Source: Alphaproteobacteria bacterium (lineage in GTDB: Bacteria > Pseudomonadota > Alphaproteobacteria > Bin95). From it: DNA of 64,000 nucleotides. The DNA lies in contig OZ219785.1 in the NCBI GenBank assembly GCA_964291285.2, forward strand, positions 608,001-672,000, in the 5' to 3' direction. Positions 18,394 to 28,160 of the stretch are shown here, one piece after another. The number at the start of each line of letters is the position of its first letter. The stretch's first letter is position 1. The notes below the pieces were generated by a model that did no database searches, was not told where the DNA came from, and worked only from the letters and a program-made list of their open reading frames with translations. A program made the translations under genes and the position numbers.

Positions 18394-21300
18394 ATGTTCG
18401 AAGACAATCCCGGCAACGCGCCGCAGACCGGGGCAACGCCATGCCCGGCATCGTTTCCGAACGCGGCAGGCACGAGTTCGCGCGTTTCGGGAGCGCCGGG
18501 CCGTTCCTGCGCCCTGCCGGACGCAAGGGCCGTGGGCCGGGGCCTGCTGCGCCGCGCGGCGGCCGCCCTGCTGCTCGCCCTGCCCGTGCTCGCCGCGCTC
18601 GCGCCGGCGGCCGAGGCCCGGCCAGGACAGCCCGGCGGCTTCTCGGCGACGGTGATAGACGGGCGCAATGCCATCGATTTCTCATGGACCACGCCCACGA
18701 ACACGGGCGGCACTGCGTTGATCCGCTACGAGATCCAGTGGCGGGAGGACGCGACGGGCAACTGGGTCCAGTTCCCGGAGACCGGGAGCAAGGATATTAA
18801 CAACCCCGCGGCCACCAGCGCCACGCTCACCGACGCCGACGGCCTGCAACCCAATACCGACTACGACTTCCGCATCCGGGTCTTCAACAGCGACAGTACA
18901 CCCAACAGCTACTTTACTGCCGATGTCGAGGAGAGGACCGGAGGCATGGCGTTGACCGCGCCCGGGGTGCCAGTCTTGCGGGCTGCGGGGGGCCACGAAC
19001 TGGTGAACGGCATGTCCGCCGGGATCGAGTTCCGCTGGGGCGCCCCCGTCGACGACGGCGGCCGCGAGGTTACCGGCTACGACTGGCGGTGGCGGAAGCA
19101 GGGCGAGGCCAGCTACAGGGCGCCCATCCGCGTCGGCCCGGGCGCGTCTTACGTGCGCGTCCCGGAGGCCACCGGCGACACCGCCTATCTCTTCCAGGTG
19201 CGGGCGGTGAATGCGTTGGGCGCCGGTTCCTACGATGGTTTGACCGTGCTGGAGCGGCCGGCGGCCCCGCGAAACCTGAGGGTGGCGGTGAACGGGGCGG
19301 GCACGGAGGCGGAGCTGTCATGGACCCAGAACGCCCGCATGCACTGGAGCATCGAGCAGGCCGAAGTGACGGGCAGCGGCTGCGGAAGCTACGGGGCCCC
19401 CCCAAGGTTTCAGGGCGCGGCGTCCTACACCGCGAGCAGCCTTGCCTCCGGCCGGCACTATTGCTTCCGCGTGCAGGCCGTTACCGACTTCCGCCGCAGC
19501 CTGCCCGCCATCGTGCGGACCGACGGGGTCGTGGAACGGCAGCCGGACCCGCCGGCCCCGCCACCCAGCCCGAACCCGCCGCCCAATCCGAACCCGCCGC
19601 CCGATCCGGAGCCGGCGGAGCGGCCGGCGCGGGTGACGGGCGTGACGGTGACGCCGGGCGTCGGCGCGCTGGCGGTGCGCTGGAACGCGGCGGCCGGGGC
19701 GGCCCGCTACCGGGTGCAGTGGAAGTTGGCGTCGCAGTCGAACTACGACGCAAGCCCGCAAGCGGAGACGGCCGGCACGAGCCATACCATCCCCGGCCTG
19801 ATGGCGGGCACCGACTACACGGTGCGGGTGACCGCGACCAACAGCGCCGGGGACGGACCGGCCTCGGCCGACGCCGGCCCGGCGTCGCCGACGGCGGCGC
19901 TGCGGGTCGCGCGGACGGACCCGGCGCGGCTGACGGAGGACAATGTTCACGGCGCGACCGTGACCGTGCGGCTGCTGGGCGCGGCGTGGGAAACCTCGAT
20001 CCCGGCCCGCAGCGTAACGGTAACCGGCCTGCCGGACGGCATGACGGCCAGCGAGCAGCCAGAACGCGTGTCCGACAGCGAGGCGCGGATCACGCTCTCC
20101 TACACGCCGCCCGAGGGGGTGGACGGGCTGGACGGCGACGCGCGGCTGACGGTGACCGCCGCCGCCGCCTCGCATAGCTGGACCGAAGACCTGACGGCGC
20201 GTGTGACGGTCCATGCCCGGCGCGCCCCGGCGGCGCTGGCGGCGGTGCGCTGGCTCTCCCGCTTCGGGCGCACGGTGGCGGACCATGTGATGGCGGCGGT
20301 GGGCGCGCGCCTCTCGGAGCCGGCGGGGCAGGGCGACCGGCTGCGGCTGGCGGGGCATCGGGTGAGCGCCCCTGCCGCCTTGCTTACCCCCCCTCCCGCC
20401 GGGCGGGAGGGGTCGGGGGAGGGCCTCCCGGCGCGACGGACGCCTGACGGGGCTTCGCCCGCCGGCCTGGCGGCCGGCCCCCTCACCCGTCCTCTCCCCG
20501 CAAGCGGGGAGAGGGGAATTGCGGCGGCGCAGACGCTGGCGGCCCGCGACCTGCTGGCGGGGACCTCCTTCCGCGTCTCGGCGGTCGGGGGCGAGGGCAT
20601 GGCGGACATGGGCTGGACGGCCTGGGGGCGGGTGGACCTGTCGGGCTTCGACGGGGACGAAGGCGGCCTCTCGCTCGACGGCGACACGATGACCGCCACG
20701 GTCGGCGCCGACATGCGGCGCGGGCGGCTGCTGGCCGGCGTGGCGGCCGCGCACAGTTCCGGCAGCGGCGAGTACCGGGACGTTGGCGGAACAGCGGGCG
20801 ACCTCGACGCCTCGCTCGCCTCGGTGCATCCCTATGTGCGCATCGAGGCGGCGGGCGGCCTCTCGCTCTGGGGCGTGCTCGGCTGGGGCGGGGGCGACAT
20901 GACGCTCGACCGGCGCGACGGCGACAGGGAGAAGGCCGACCTCGAAATGACGATGGCGGGCGCGGGCGCGCGGGGCCCGTTGCCGTCGCCCTCGGACGGC
21001 ATGGCGCTGGCGTTGCGCGCGGAGGCGTTCGCGTCCCGGATCGAGGCCGACGGCGGCGGCGATGCGCTGAAGGGCGCGGAGGCCGAGGCGTGGCGGATGC
21101 GCCTTGCGCTGGAAGCCTCCTGGGACGAGACGGAGGCGGGTTTGCGCCCGTCGGCGGAACTCGGCCTGCGCCATGACGGCGGCGACGGGGAGACCGGGAC
21201 CGGGGCGGAACTGGGCGGCGGCGTCGCCTGGGCCGGCCCGGACGGCGTGTCGGCCTCGCTGCGTGCCCGCGCGCTGCTGGACGGCGACGGGGTCTCCGAA

Positions 21301-21684
21301 TGGGGCGGCGGGGCGATGCTGGCCTATGCGCCGGGCGCGGACGGGCGCGGGCTGCGGCTGTCGCTCGCGCCGACTGTGGGCGCGCCGGAGGGCGGCGCCG
21401 AGCGGCTGTGGCGCGCGGACGCGGCGGCGCTGGCGGGCGATGAACGAGACGCCGCGCCGCGCCTCGACGCCGAGGCGGGCTGGGGCCTGGCGGCGCTGGG
21501 CGGGCGGGGCCTGCTGACGCCATACGCCGGCCTTGCCCTCTCGGACGCCGACGACCGCCGCTACCGGCTCGGCGCGCGGCTCACGCTGGCCCCCGGCGCG
21601 GATGCCGGCCTCGCCGCCGAACGCTCCGAAACCGCCTCCGGCCCCGAACACGCGCTCACCCTCGACGCCCGCCTGCGCTGGTAG
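18394..21684 (+). CDS. Autotransporter with fibronectin type III passenger domains (start uncertain)
   Basis: Signal peptide ending PAAEA; about 4 FN3 repeats (W..P..GG..I..Y..QW, L.P.T.Y.FRVRA.N); Pro-rich linker; WLSRFGRTVA helix and beta-barrel ending LRW. Confidence 0.88.
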   Translation: MFEDNPGNAPQTGATPCPASFPNAAGTSSRVSGAPGRSCALPDARAVGRGLLRRAAAALLLALPVLAALAPAAEARPGQPGGFSATVIDGRNAIDFSWTTPTNTGGTALIRYEIQWREDATGNWVQFPETGSKDINNPAATSATLTDADGLQPNTDYDFRIRVFNSDSTPNSYFTADVEERTGGMALTAPGVPVLRAAGGHELVNGMSAGIEFRWGAPVDDGGREVTGYDWRWRKQGEASYRAPIRVGPGASYVRVPEATGDTAYLFQVRAVNALGAGSYDGLTVLERPAAPRNLRVAVNGAGTEAELSWTQNARMHWSIEQAEVTGSGCGSYGAPPRFQGAASYTASSLASGRHYCFRVQAVTDFRRSLPAIVRTDGVVERQPDPPAPPPSPNPPPNPNPPPDPEPAERPARVTGVTVTPGVGALAVRWNAAAGAARYRVQWKLASQSNYDASPQAETAGTSHTIPGLMAGTDYTVRVTATNSAGDGPASADAGPASPTAALRVARTDPARLTEDNVHGATVTVRLLGAAWETSIPARSVTVTGLPDGMTASEQPERVSDSEARITLSYTPPEGVDGLDGDARLTVTAAAASHSWTEDLTARVTVHARRAPAALAAVRWLSRFGRTVADHVMAAVGARLSEPAGQGDRLRLAGHRVSAPAALLTPPPAGREGSGEGLPARRTPDGASPAGLAAGPLTRPLPASGERGIAAAQTLAARDLLAGTSFRVSAVGGEGMADMGWTAWGRVDLSGFDGDEGGLSLDGDTMTATVGADMRRGRLLAGVAAAHSSGSGEYRDVGGTAGDLDASLASVHPYVRIEAAGGLSLWGVLGWGGGDMTLDRRDGDREKADLEMTMAGAGARGPLPSPSDGMALALRAEAFASRIEADGGGDALKGAEAEAWRMRLALEASWDETEAGLRPSAELGLRHDGGDGETGTGAELGGGVAWAGPDGVSASLRARALLDGDGVSEWGGGAMLAYAPGADGRGLRLSLAPTVGAPEGGAERLWRADAAALAGDERDAAPRLDAEAGWGLAALGGRGLLTPYAGLALSDADDRRYRLGARLTLAPGADAGLAAERSETASGPEHALTLDARLRW
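20389..20516. repeat. REP-like double hairpin embedded in frame in the autotransporter
   Basis: CCCCTCCCGCC/GGCGGGAGGGG and CCTCTCCCCGC-AA-GCGGGGAGAGG; sibling at 49299-49333. Confidence 0.8.
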
Positions 21685-21710
21685 GAGCAGCCTCCATCCG
21701 GCGGGCCATG

Positions 21711-21870
21711 TCGTCATCCCGGCCCCCGCCTGTCCTCGCGCACTGGCGGGGAGGCCGGGGTCCAGCCATCGGCCCTCGCGGCAGCTTCGGCGGTGGATCC
21801 CGTTCTCCACCGGCCGCGGCGGCATCGGGAGTCATGGATGGACCCCGGCTCGCGGGGGCCGGGGTGACGA
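21711..21870. repeat. REP-like palindrome (GTCATCCCGGC type) between convergent genes
   Basis: TCGTCATCCCGGCCCCCGC...GCGGGGGCCGGGGTGACGA outer stem; GCCGGGGTCCA/TGGACCCCGGC inner stem. Confidence 0.78.
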
Positions 21871-21919
21871 AAAGGGGGATCGGGGCGGCGAAAGGAGCGC
21901 AGCGGGTGCCGCCGCTGCC

Positions 21920-22804
21920 TCAGCCGCCTTCGCGGTGCCAGGCCTCGCGGTCGAAGGCCACATGGTCGCCGAAGAAATGGACCGCGCGGTCGAGGCCGCG
22001 AAGGTCGGCTGCCGCATAGCTCCGGCTCGGGCCGTCGAGCGCCTCTGCGCCGGCGCGCGCGGCCACCCAGGCGTCGGCCGGTTGCAGGGTGCTCTGCCGC
22101 TGCACCACGTCCCAGATATAGTAGTGGTGCGGGATGACGACCCGGGGCCGGAGCGTGTCGATGATGTGCTCCACCATGGCGAAGCCCATGACATGCTGCG
22201 AGCCGTCCACCGGCAGGAGCGCGATGTCGATGCGCCCGAGCGCCTCCCAGACCTCGGGCGGCGGGTTGTGGCGGTTGTCGCCCCAGTGGAGGATGCGCAG
22301 CCCCCCGGTCTCGACCGTGATCAGGCAGTTGTCCCAGGAGCGGGGGTTGTCCGGCGGCTCGATGTTCGCGCCGCCGAAGGCCGCGTGGATCTTCTTGAAG
22401 TCGTAGAGCGCGGCGCTCGAGTCCGTCGCATGCTTGTCGGCAATGCCGCGAATGGCGACATCGGCGAACTCGTAACGGCCGATGGGCCGGTCGAGCAGCA
22501 CATGCGCATCCAGCCGGTGCAGCGCGTCATGGTCGAAATGCGCGTGCGTGGAGGCGCCGATATCCACCGCCGTCAGCGGGAAGTCGCGGAAATACCAGTC
22601 CCAGCGCCGCGAGGGGTGGTTGCGCCAGGGATCGACCATGACGGTGACCCCCTTCGGCGAGGTGATCCGGAAGGCCGAGCTGCCGAAATAGGCGATCTCG
22701 ACCGGCCCGTCGCGCGCCGGCGAGCGGTCGGCCTGCAGCTCGATCATCCGGTTGTGGTTGCTCGTCATCCGCCAGGCCGTCAGGCCCGTGTCGAGTCCGG
22801 TCAT
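21920..22804 (-). CDS. MBL-fold metallo-hydrolase (UlaG/Lactamase_B_3-like)
   Basis: STHAHFDHDA metal motif, HWGDN, IPHHY. Confidence 0.85.
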   Translation of the reverse strand: MTGLDTGLTAWRMTSNHNRMIELQADRSPARDGPVEIAYFGSSAFRITSPKGVTVMVDPWRNHPSRRWDWYFRDFPLTAVDIGASTHAHFDHDALHRLDAHVLLDRPIGRYEFADVAIRGIADKHATDSSAALYDFKKIHAAFGGANIEPPDNPRSWDNCLITVETGGLRILHWGDNRHNPPPEVWEALGRIDIALLPVDGSQHVMGFAMVEHIIDTLRPRVVIPHHYYIWDVVQRQSTLQPADAWVAARAGAEALDGPSRSYAAADLRGLDRAVHFFGDHVAFDREAWHREGG

Positions 22805-22821
22805 CGTCTGTCCCTCTCCCC

Positions 22822-23847
22822 TCAGGCGTTGCCGCGGTCCTCGCGCCAGAGGCCGAGCTTTTCCTGCACGACGCGGTCCGAGAAGCTGAACAGCACGGCG
22901 TCCCCGGCCGCGCTGTGCCGGACCGCATGCCAGCTCGGCACCACGAAAATGTCGCGCGGCCCCCACGAAAAGACCGTCTCACCGCCGATGCGCGTTTCGC
23001 CGCTGCCCTCGACGACCGCGAACACCGCCGCGTCCGTCGCGCGGTAGCTTGCCGTCCCGAAGCCGGCCGGCAGCAGTTGCAGGTGCGCGGCTATCGTGGG
23101 CATGGCGTGGCCGCCGTCCACCGGGTTGGCGTAGCGCAGCTTGAGGCCGTGGCAGGGGTCCCAGGCCTCGCGCCGGCGCATCGCCTCCAGCGCTTCGCGC
23201 GAGCGGGCATAGGGGTAGTTGAACACCGGCGAGGCCAGCGCGCCCGGTTCGTGGTCCACCGGCAGCAGCCCCTGGCCGTAGCGGGCGAGGCTGTCGCCCT
23301 CCGGCCGCGAGAGCGGCTGGCGGTTCTCGCCGAGCCGTTCGGCGAAGGAGGCGTCCAGCATCTGCACCATCGGGATGTCGAGCCCGTCGAGCCAGATCAT
23401 CGGCCGGTCGGAGTCGTTGCCGTGGTCGTGCCAGGTCCAGTGGGGCGTGATGACGAAATCGCCCTCCGCCATGGTGGTGCGCTCGCCTTCCACCGCGGTG
23501 TAGGCGCCTTTGCCCTCGACGACGAAGCGCAGCGCCGACTGGCTGTGGCGGTGCGCGGGCGCGACCTCGCCGGGCAGCACCAATTGCAGGCCGGCATAGA
23601 GCGAGGTGGTGATGCGCGAGGAGCCGCGGAGGCCGGGGTTCTCCAGCACCAGCACGCGGCGCTCGGCCTCCTCGGCGGTGATGACGGCGCCCGACTCCAT
23701 GACGGGGCCGCGCACCTCGTCCCAGCGCCAGTGAGCGGGGCGGCAGGCGCTGGCGGGCTCGGGCGTGATCAGGCGGCCCATGACCTCCCAGAGCGGCGCC
23801 AGGTTCCGCGCCCCGATCTCCTCGTAGAACGCCGCCCTGTCCGTCAT
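22822..23847 (-). CDS. gtdA: Gentisate 1,2-dioxygenase
   Basis: [48 protein letters not shown]. Confidence 0.95.
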   Translation of the reverse strand: MTDRAAFYEEIGARNLAPLWEVMGRLITPEPASACRPAHWRWDEVRGPVMESGAVITAEEAERRVLVLENPGLRGSSRITTSLYAGLQLVLPGEVAPAHRHSQSALRFVVEGKGAYTAVEGERTTMAEGDFVITPHWTWHDHGNDSDRPMIWLDGLDIPMVQMLDASFAERLGENRQPLSRPEGDSLARYGQGLLPVDHEPGALASPVFNYPYARSREALEAMRRREAWDPCHGLKLRYANPVDGGHAMPTIAAHLQLLPAGFGTASYRATDAAVFAVVEGSGETRIGGETVFSWGPRDIFVVPSWHAVRHSAAGDAVLFSFSDRVVQEKLGLWREDRGNA

Positions 23848-24015
23848 CGCCGCCTCCGCCCCGATTGCCGTGGCACCTTAGCCCGTCCGGCCCCGAATCC
23901 GAAGGACAGAGCGGGGAGGTTGCGGCATGCGAATCGGATATAATGCGCCCGCTTTTGCATTTCCGGCGGAACGACGGCGGCAGGGTCCGCAAGGGCTTTC
24001 GCGTTGGGAGGAATC

Positions 24016-25437
24016 ATGAAGCGTGCAAAGGAAAGAACCGGTTTTCGCCCGCAACGAAAACTGTCCGCCGCTCCGCCTGTCTCCCTGTCCCGGGTCGCGG
24101 CGGTCTTTGCCGTCCTGGGGGCATCCTTCGCCCTGCTCTGGCCCGATGCCGCGGAGGCGGCCGTCGAGGGGGAGACGAAATTCGTCCTCGACAGCTTCGC
24201 CTTCCTCGTCTGGGGCGCGCTCGTCATGTGGATGTGCGCCGGCTTCACCATGCTCGAATCCGGCTCGGTGCGCACCAAGAACGCCTCGGTCATCTGCCTG
24301 AAGAATATCGGCCTCTACTCGATCGCCGGCCTCGCCTTCTACTTCCTCGGCTACAACCTCATGTATGTGGGCGTGGACGAGGGCGGCTGGATCGGGACCT
24401 TCACCTTCCTCTACGGCACGAGCCCGGACGAGATCGCCCTGCTCGGCGGCGATGCGTCGAAGGCCGAGGCCGTCGTCGGCAACGGCTACGCCGTCATGTC
24501 CGACTGGTTCTTCCAGATGGTCTTCGTGGCGACCACCGCCTCCATCGTCTCCGGCACCCTGGCCGAGCGGGTCAAGCTCACCTCCTTCTTCGTCTTCATC
24601 GCCATCCTGACGGCCGTCGTCTATCCGATCGTCGGCGCCTGGACCTGGGGCGGCGGCTGGCTCGCCGCGATGGGCTTCCAGGATTTCGCCGGCTCCACCA
24701 TCGTCCACTCGACCGGCGGCTGGGCGGCGCTCGCGGGCGCGGTGATCGTCGGGCCCCGGAAGCACAAGTTCCGCGCCGACGGCAGCCCGAGGGCGACGCC
24801 GCCCTCGAACGTCCCGGCCGTGACGCTCGGCGTCTTCATCCTCTGGCTCGGCTGGTTCGGCTTCAACGGCGGCTCGCAGCTGGCGCTCGGCGGTGCGGCG
24901 GACGTGGTCGCGCTCGCCAACATCCTCGCCAACACCAATCTCGCCGCCGCCGCCGGCGTGCTGGCGGCGCTCGCGCTCGCGCGGCCGCTGTTCGGGCGCA
25001 TCGACCTGCTGGCGGGCCTGAACGGCGCCATCGGCGGCCTCGTGGCGATCACCGCCGGACCGGACATCGTCGAACATTACTGGGCCGTCGTGATCGGCCT
25101 GGTCGGCGGCGCGGTCACCACGGCGGGCCTGAAATTCCTCGAGGTCCTCAGGATCGACGACGTGGTCGGCGCGGTCCCGGCGCATCTCTTCGCCGGCGTC
25201 TGGGGCACGATGGCGGTCTGCATCGCGGCGGGCGGCGACGTGCTGGTCCAGCTTACCGGCGTGCTCGCCGTCGGCGCCTTCGTCTTCGGCGCCTCACTGC
25301 TCATCTGGCTCGGCCTCAAATACACGATGGGCGCGCGCGTGTCCGAGACGGTCGAGGAGCTCGGCCAGGACGCCGCCGAGCTCGGCATCGAGGCCTATCC
25401 GGAGTTCGTGCTGATGCCGGAGGTGGACGACGACTGA
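24016..25437 (+). CDS. amtB: Ammonium transporter
   Basis: FFQMVFVATTASIVSGTLAER, DFAGSTIVH, WFGFNGGS, IDDVVGAVPAH. Confidence 0.94.
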   Translation: MKRAKERTGFRPQRKLSAAPPVSLSRVAAVFAVLGASFALLWPDAAEAAVEGETKFVLDSFAFLVWGALVMWMCAGFTMLESGSVRTKNASVICLKNIGLYSIAGLAFYFLGYNLMYVGVDEGGWIGTFTFLYGTSPDEIALLGGDASKAEAVVGNGYAVMSDWFFQMVFVATTASIVSGTLAERVKLTSFFVFIAILTAVVYPIVGAWTWGGGWLAAMGFQDFAGSTIVHSTGGWAALAGAVIVGPRKHKFRADGSPRATPPSNVPAVTLGVFILWLGWFGFNGGSQLALGGAADVVALANILANTNLAAAAGVLAALALARPLFGRIDLLAGLNGAIGGLVAITAGPDIVEHYWAVVIGLVGGAVTTAGLKFLEVLRIDDVVGAVPAHLFAGVWGTMAVCIAAGGDVLVQLTGVLAVGAFVFGASLLIWLGLKYTMGARVSETVEELGQDAAELGIEAYPEFVLMPEVDDD

Positions 25438-25455
25438 GAGGACCGGCGCCCCCCG

Positions 25456-26313
25456 TCAGGCCATGCCGGCTTCGACGCGGGGGTCGGCGCCGGCGCGGTC
25501 CTCGGCCGCATCGGCAAGCGCCGGGTCGGGGTCGCGCGGAAGCTGGATCATCACGCGCAGGATCTGGTCGCCGCGCGGGCCGCCGGCCGGATCGGGCACG
25601 CCCTTGCCCTTCAGCCTCAGCCGCGCGCCGGAACTCGTCATCGGCGCGATCCGCACCGTCACCGGGCCGTCCAAGGTCGGCGCGCGCACCCTGCCGCCCC
25701 GGACGGCCTCGGCGAGCGAGACCGGCAGATCGACCAGGATCGTGCGGCCTTCGCGCTGGAACCAGGGATGCGGCTCGACCGAAATCTCGACCTCCGCATC
25801 GCCGGGCGGCCCGCCGGAGGGGCCCGGCTCGCCGCGCCCGGCAAGCCTGAGCCGCGCGCCGTCCTCCGTCGCAGGCGGCACCTTGAGCGCGATGCTCTGC
25901 CCGGATTTCAGGGTAAGCCGCACCGTGCCGCCCTTCGCCGCGTCGATGAAGGGCACCGGCACCCGGTAGCGCATATCGGCTCCGCGCCTCGGGCGGTTGC
26001 GGAAGCCGGAGAAGATGTCGCCGAACAGGTCTCCCGGATCGAAGCCGCCCTGTCCGCCGAAATTGCCGAACCCGCCGAAGGGCGCGCGCTCGCGGCCCTC
26101 GGCGTCGATCTCGCCGCGGTCGAAGCGGGCGCGCTTGTCCGGGTCGCCCAGCAGGTCCCATGCGGCTGCGGCGTCCTTGAAGCGCGCCTCGGCCTTCGCA
26201 TTGCCCGGATTGCGGTCCGGGTGGTTCTCCTTGACGATACGCCGGTATGCCCGCTTCAGCGTCCCGGCGTCAGCGTCGCGCGGGCAACCGAGAGCCGCAT
26301 AGGGGTCGCGCAT
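25456..26313 (-). CDS. DnaJ-class co-chaperone (CbpA type, no Zn finger)
   Basis: J domain with HPD, G/F region, DnaJ C-terminal LRLKGKG. Confidence 0.9.
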   Translation of the reverse strand: MRDPYAALGCPRDADAGTLKRAYRRIVKENHPDRNPGNAKAEARFKDAAAAWDLLGDPDKRARFDRGEIDAEGRERAPFGGFGNFGGQGGFDPGDLFGDIFSGFRNRPRRGADMRYRVPVPFIDAAKGGTVRLTLKSGQSIALKVPPATEDGARLRLAGRGEPGPSGGPPGDAEVEISVEPHPWFQREGRTILVDLPVSLAEAVRGGRVRAPTLDGPVTVRIAPMTSSGARLRLKGKGVPDPAGGPRGDQILRVMIQLPRDPDPALADAAEDRAGADPRVEAGMA

Positions 26314-26789
26314 CAGGCCGCGGGCTGGACGATCTTCCAGCTGCCGTCCGGCTGGCGGCAGGCCGTGCCGTAGGCGGTCTGCTCCTCGCCGCCGACGATG
26401 ATGCCGGTCTGGAACTCGCGGCAGTAGCGGCCCGAATCCTCCTGCCAGGTGCGCGTCGGCACGACCCAGCCGGAATTGCCGCTGTCGGGATTTTTCCATT
26501 CCGTCCGGTCGCCGGTGCGCCCGCGTTCCAGCGCGCCCTGCGTCGTCCGCTCGGCCCTGGCGCGATCGGCTTCGTCCAGGTCGCGGCCGATCTGGCTGCC
26601 GAGCAGGCCGCCCAACAGCGCGCCGGTGGCGATCGCCACCTTTCTTCCGCGGCCCTTGCCGACCTCGTTGCCGAGGACCGCGCCGCCGACGCCGCCGATA
26701 ATGGTGCCGAGGGTCTGCTTGGGGCCCGAGTCGGGGCCGCAGGCGGCCAGCAGGAAGACGGCTGCCGCGACGGCGAGTGCTTGTTTCAT
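26313..26789 (-). CDS. 17 kDa surface antigen-like glycine-zipper lipoprotein (RT0821/Lpp0805 family)
   Basis: LLAAC lipobox, Gly zipper, WKNPDSGNSG, CREFQ, TACRQPDGSW. Confidence 0.9.
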   Translation of the reverse strand: MKQALAVAAAVFLLAACGPDSGPKQTLGTIIGGVGGAVLGNEVGKGRGRKVAIATGALLGGLLGSQIGRDLDEADRARAERTTQGALERGRTGDRTEWKNPDSGNSGWVVPTRTWQEDSGRYCREFQTGIIVGGEEQTAYGTACRQPDGSWKIVQPAA

Positions 26790-26902
26790 CTGAGAACCGC
26801 CCCTTTGTTCCGGCCGCAACCGCGCGCTTGCCTCGGCGGCAGCCCGGCCTATTGTGGATATCCACTCTCCAATAAGGTGCGCCGGGGGCGGTTCGTCAAG
26901 GG

Positions 26903-27505
26903 ATGCGGGAAGCGGAAGAGGGTGAAATCGGGCGCGACCCGGTGCGCGCCGTCCGGCGCTGGATCGAGGAGGCCGAGGCCTGCGAGCCGGTGGACGCCAA
27001 TGCCGCCGCGCTCGCCACGGTGGGCGCGGACGGCATGCCGTCCTGCCGGATCGTGCTGGTGAAGGCGGTCGAGCCGGAGGGGCTCGTCTTCTACACCAAC
27101 TATGAAAGCCGGAAGAGCCGCGAGCTCGCCGCCCGGCCGCTCGCGGCGCTGACCTTCCACTGGCGCGTGCTCGACCGGCAATTGCGGGTCGAGGGGCGGG
27201 TCTCGCGGGTCGAGGACGCGGTCTCCGACGCCTATTTCGCAAGCCGCGACCGGGGAAGCCGGATCGGCGCCTGGGCGTCCCGCCAGTCGGAGCCGGTCGC
27301 CGGCCGCGCGGCGCTCGAGGCGCGCGTGGCGGAGATGGAGGCGCGGTTCGGCCAGGCCGACATTCCCAGGCCGGTCTTCTGGGGCGGGTTCCGGCTCCGG
27401 CCCTCGCGCATCGAGTTCTGGCGCCGGGGCGAGCACCGCCTGCACGACCGCATTGCCTGCCGCGCCGAAGGGGAGGCGTGGACGAGGGAGAGGCTCCAGC
27501 CATAG
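26903..27505 (+). CDS. pdxH: Pyridoxamine 5'-phosphate oxidase
   Basis: FYTNYESRK, QLRVEG, GAWASRQS, WGGFRL, EFW..RLHDR, RLQP. Confidence 0.96.
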   Translation: MREAEEGEIGRDPVRAVRRWIEEAEACEPVDANAAALATVGADGMPSCRIVLVKAVEPEGLVFYTNYESRKSRELAARPLAALTFHWRVLDRQLRVEGRVSRVEDAVSDAYFASRDRGSRIGAWASRQSEPVAGRAALEARVAEMEARFGQADIPRPVFWGGFRLRPSRIEFWRRGEHRLHDRIACRAEGEAWTRERLQP

Positions 27506-27875
27506 TTCCCGGCGCGGGCCGGATCGCTGCCGTCCGATGCTCTCCGCCCCGATATGTCGGCGAAACGACGCCCATCAAATAGAATATTTTTTCTCTCTAT
27601 GGACATGTTCCAGGCATTATGTTCTGATTATGCCCATGGTCATGCCTCCACCAGTCCCTCATGCCGCTTCGATACGCGCCTTTGGCACGGCCAATTTCCC
27701 GATCCGATCTCCTGTCCGGCGTCCTTCTTCCGACATCGTCGGCGCCCCGCCTCGCAGGTTGCCGTGTCCTCCGGGTGATCGCGCCCCGGCGCGCACCTCG
27801 TCCTGCGGCCCTTTGCCGGCGTTCCTGCCGCCCGCGACCTCCGGCGATCCTCCGCCGGACCGACAGTGATCCGCA

Positions 27876-28160
27876 ATGGAAACCCCGATTTTGTCATTTC
27901 TTTCAAAGCTCGGGCCGTTGAAGCATCAACTGCTCTTGTACTCCCTCGTCGGCTGCATTGTGCTTCTGTACGCCGCGCACCGTTCCGATGAATGGCACGG
28001 ACTCATTTTGAATATCGGCGCTATATTGGTGCTTTTGTGCGGTTCTGCCTTTTGGCTCCTCGCCTATCTGAAGCTGCCAAACAACGCGCAGGAAAAAGCG
28101 TTTCTGAGCAGCACTGCCACCATGGTCCTGCACGACAGAGCTGAACGAGCCAGTCCATGA
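27876..28160 (+). CDS. Small 2-TM hypothetical protein
   Basis: Two hydrophobic helices; ATGA overlap with the next gene. Confidence 0.6.
   Translation: METPILSFLSKLGPLKHQLLLYSLVGCIVLLYAAHRSDEWHGLILNIGAILVLLCGSAFWLLAYLKLPNNAQEKAFLSSTATMVLHDRAERASP

Noticed and set aside
19543-19615. CCGAACCCGCCG-type short repeats
   Set aside because: Encode the Pro/Asn linker of the autotransporter; ordinary low-complexity coding sequence
27601-27625. Alphaproteobacterial LexA box
   Set aside because: GTTC half-sites are 10 bp apart, not the 7 bp of GTTC-N7-GTTC
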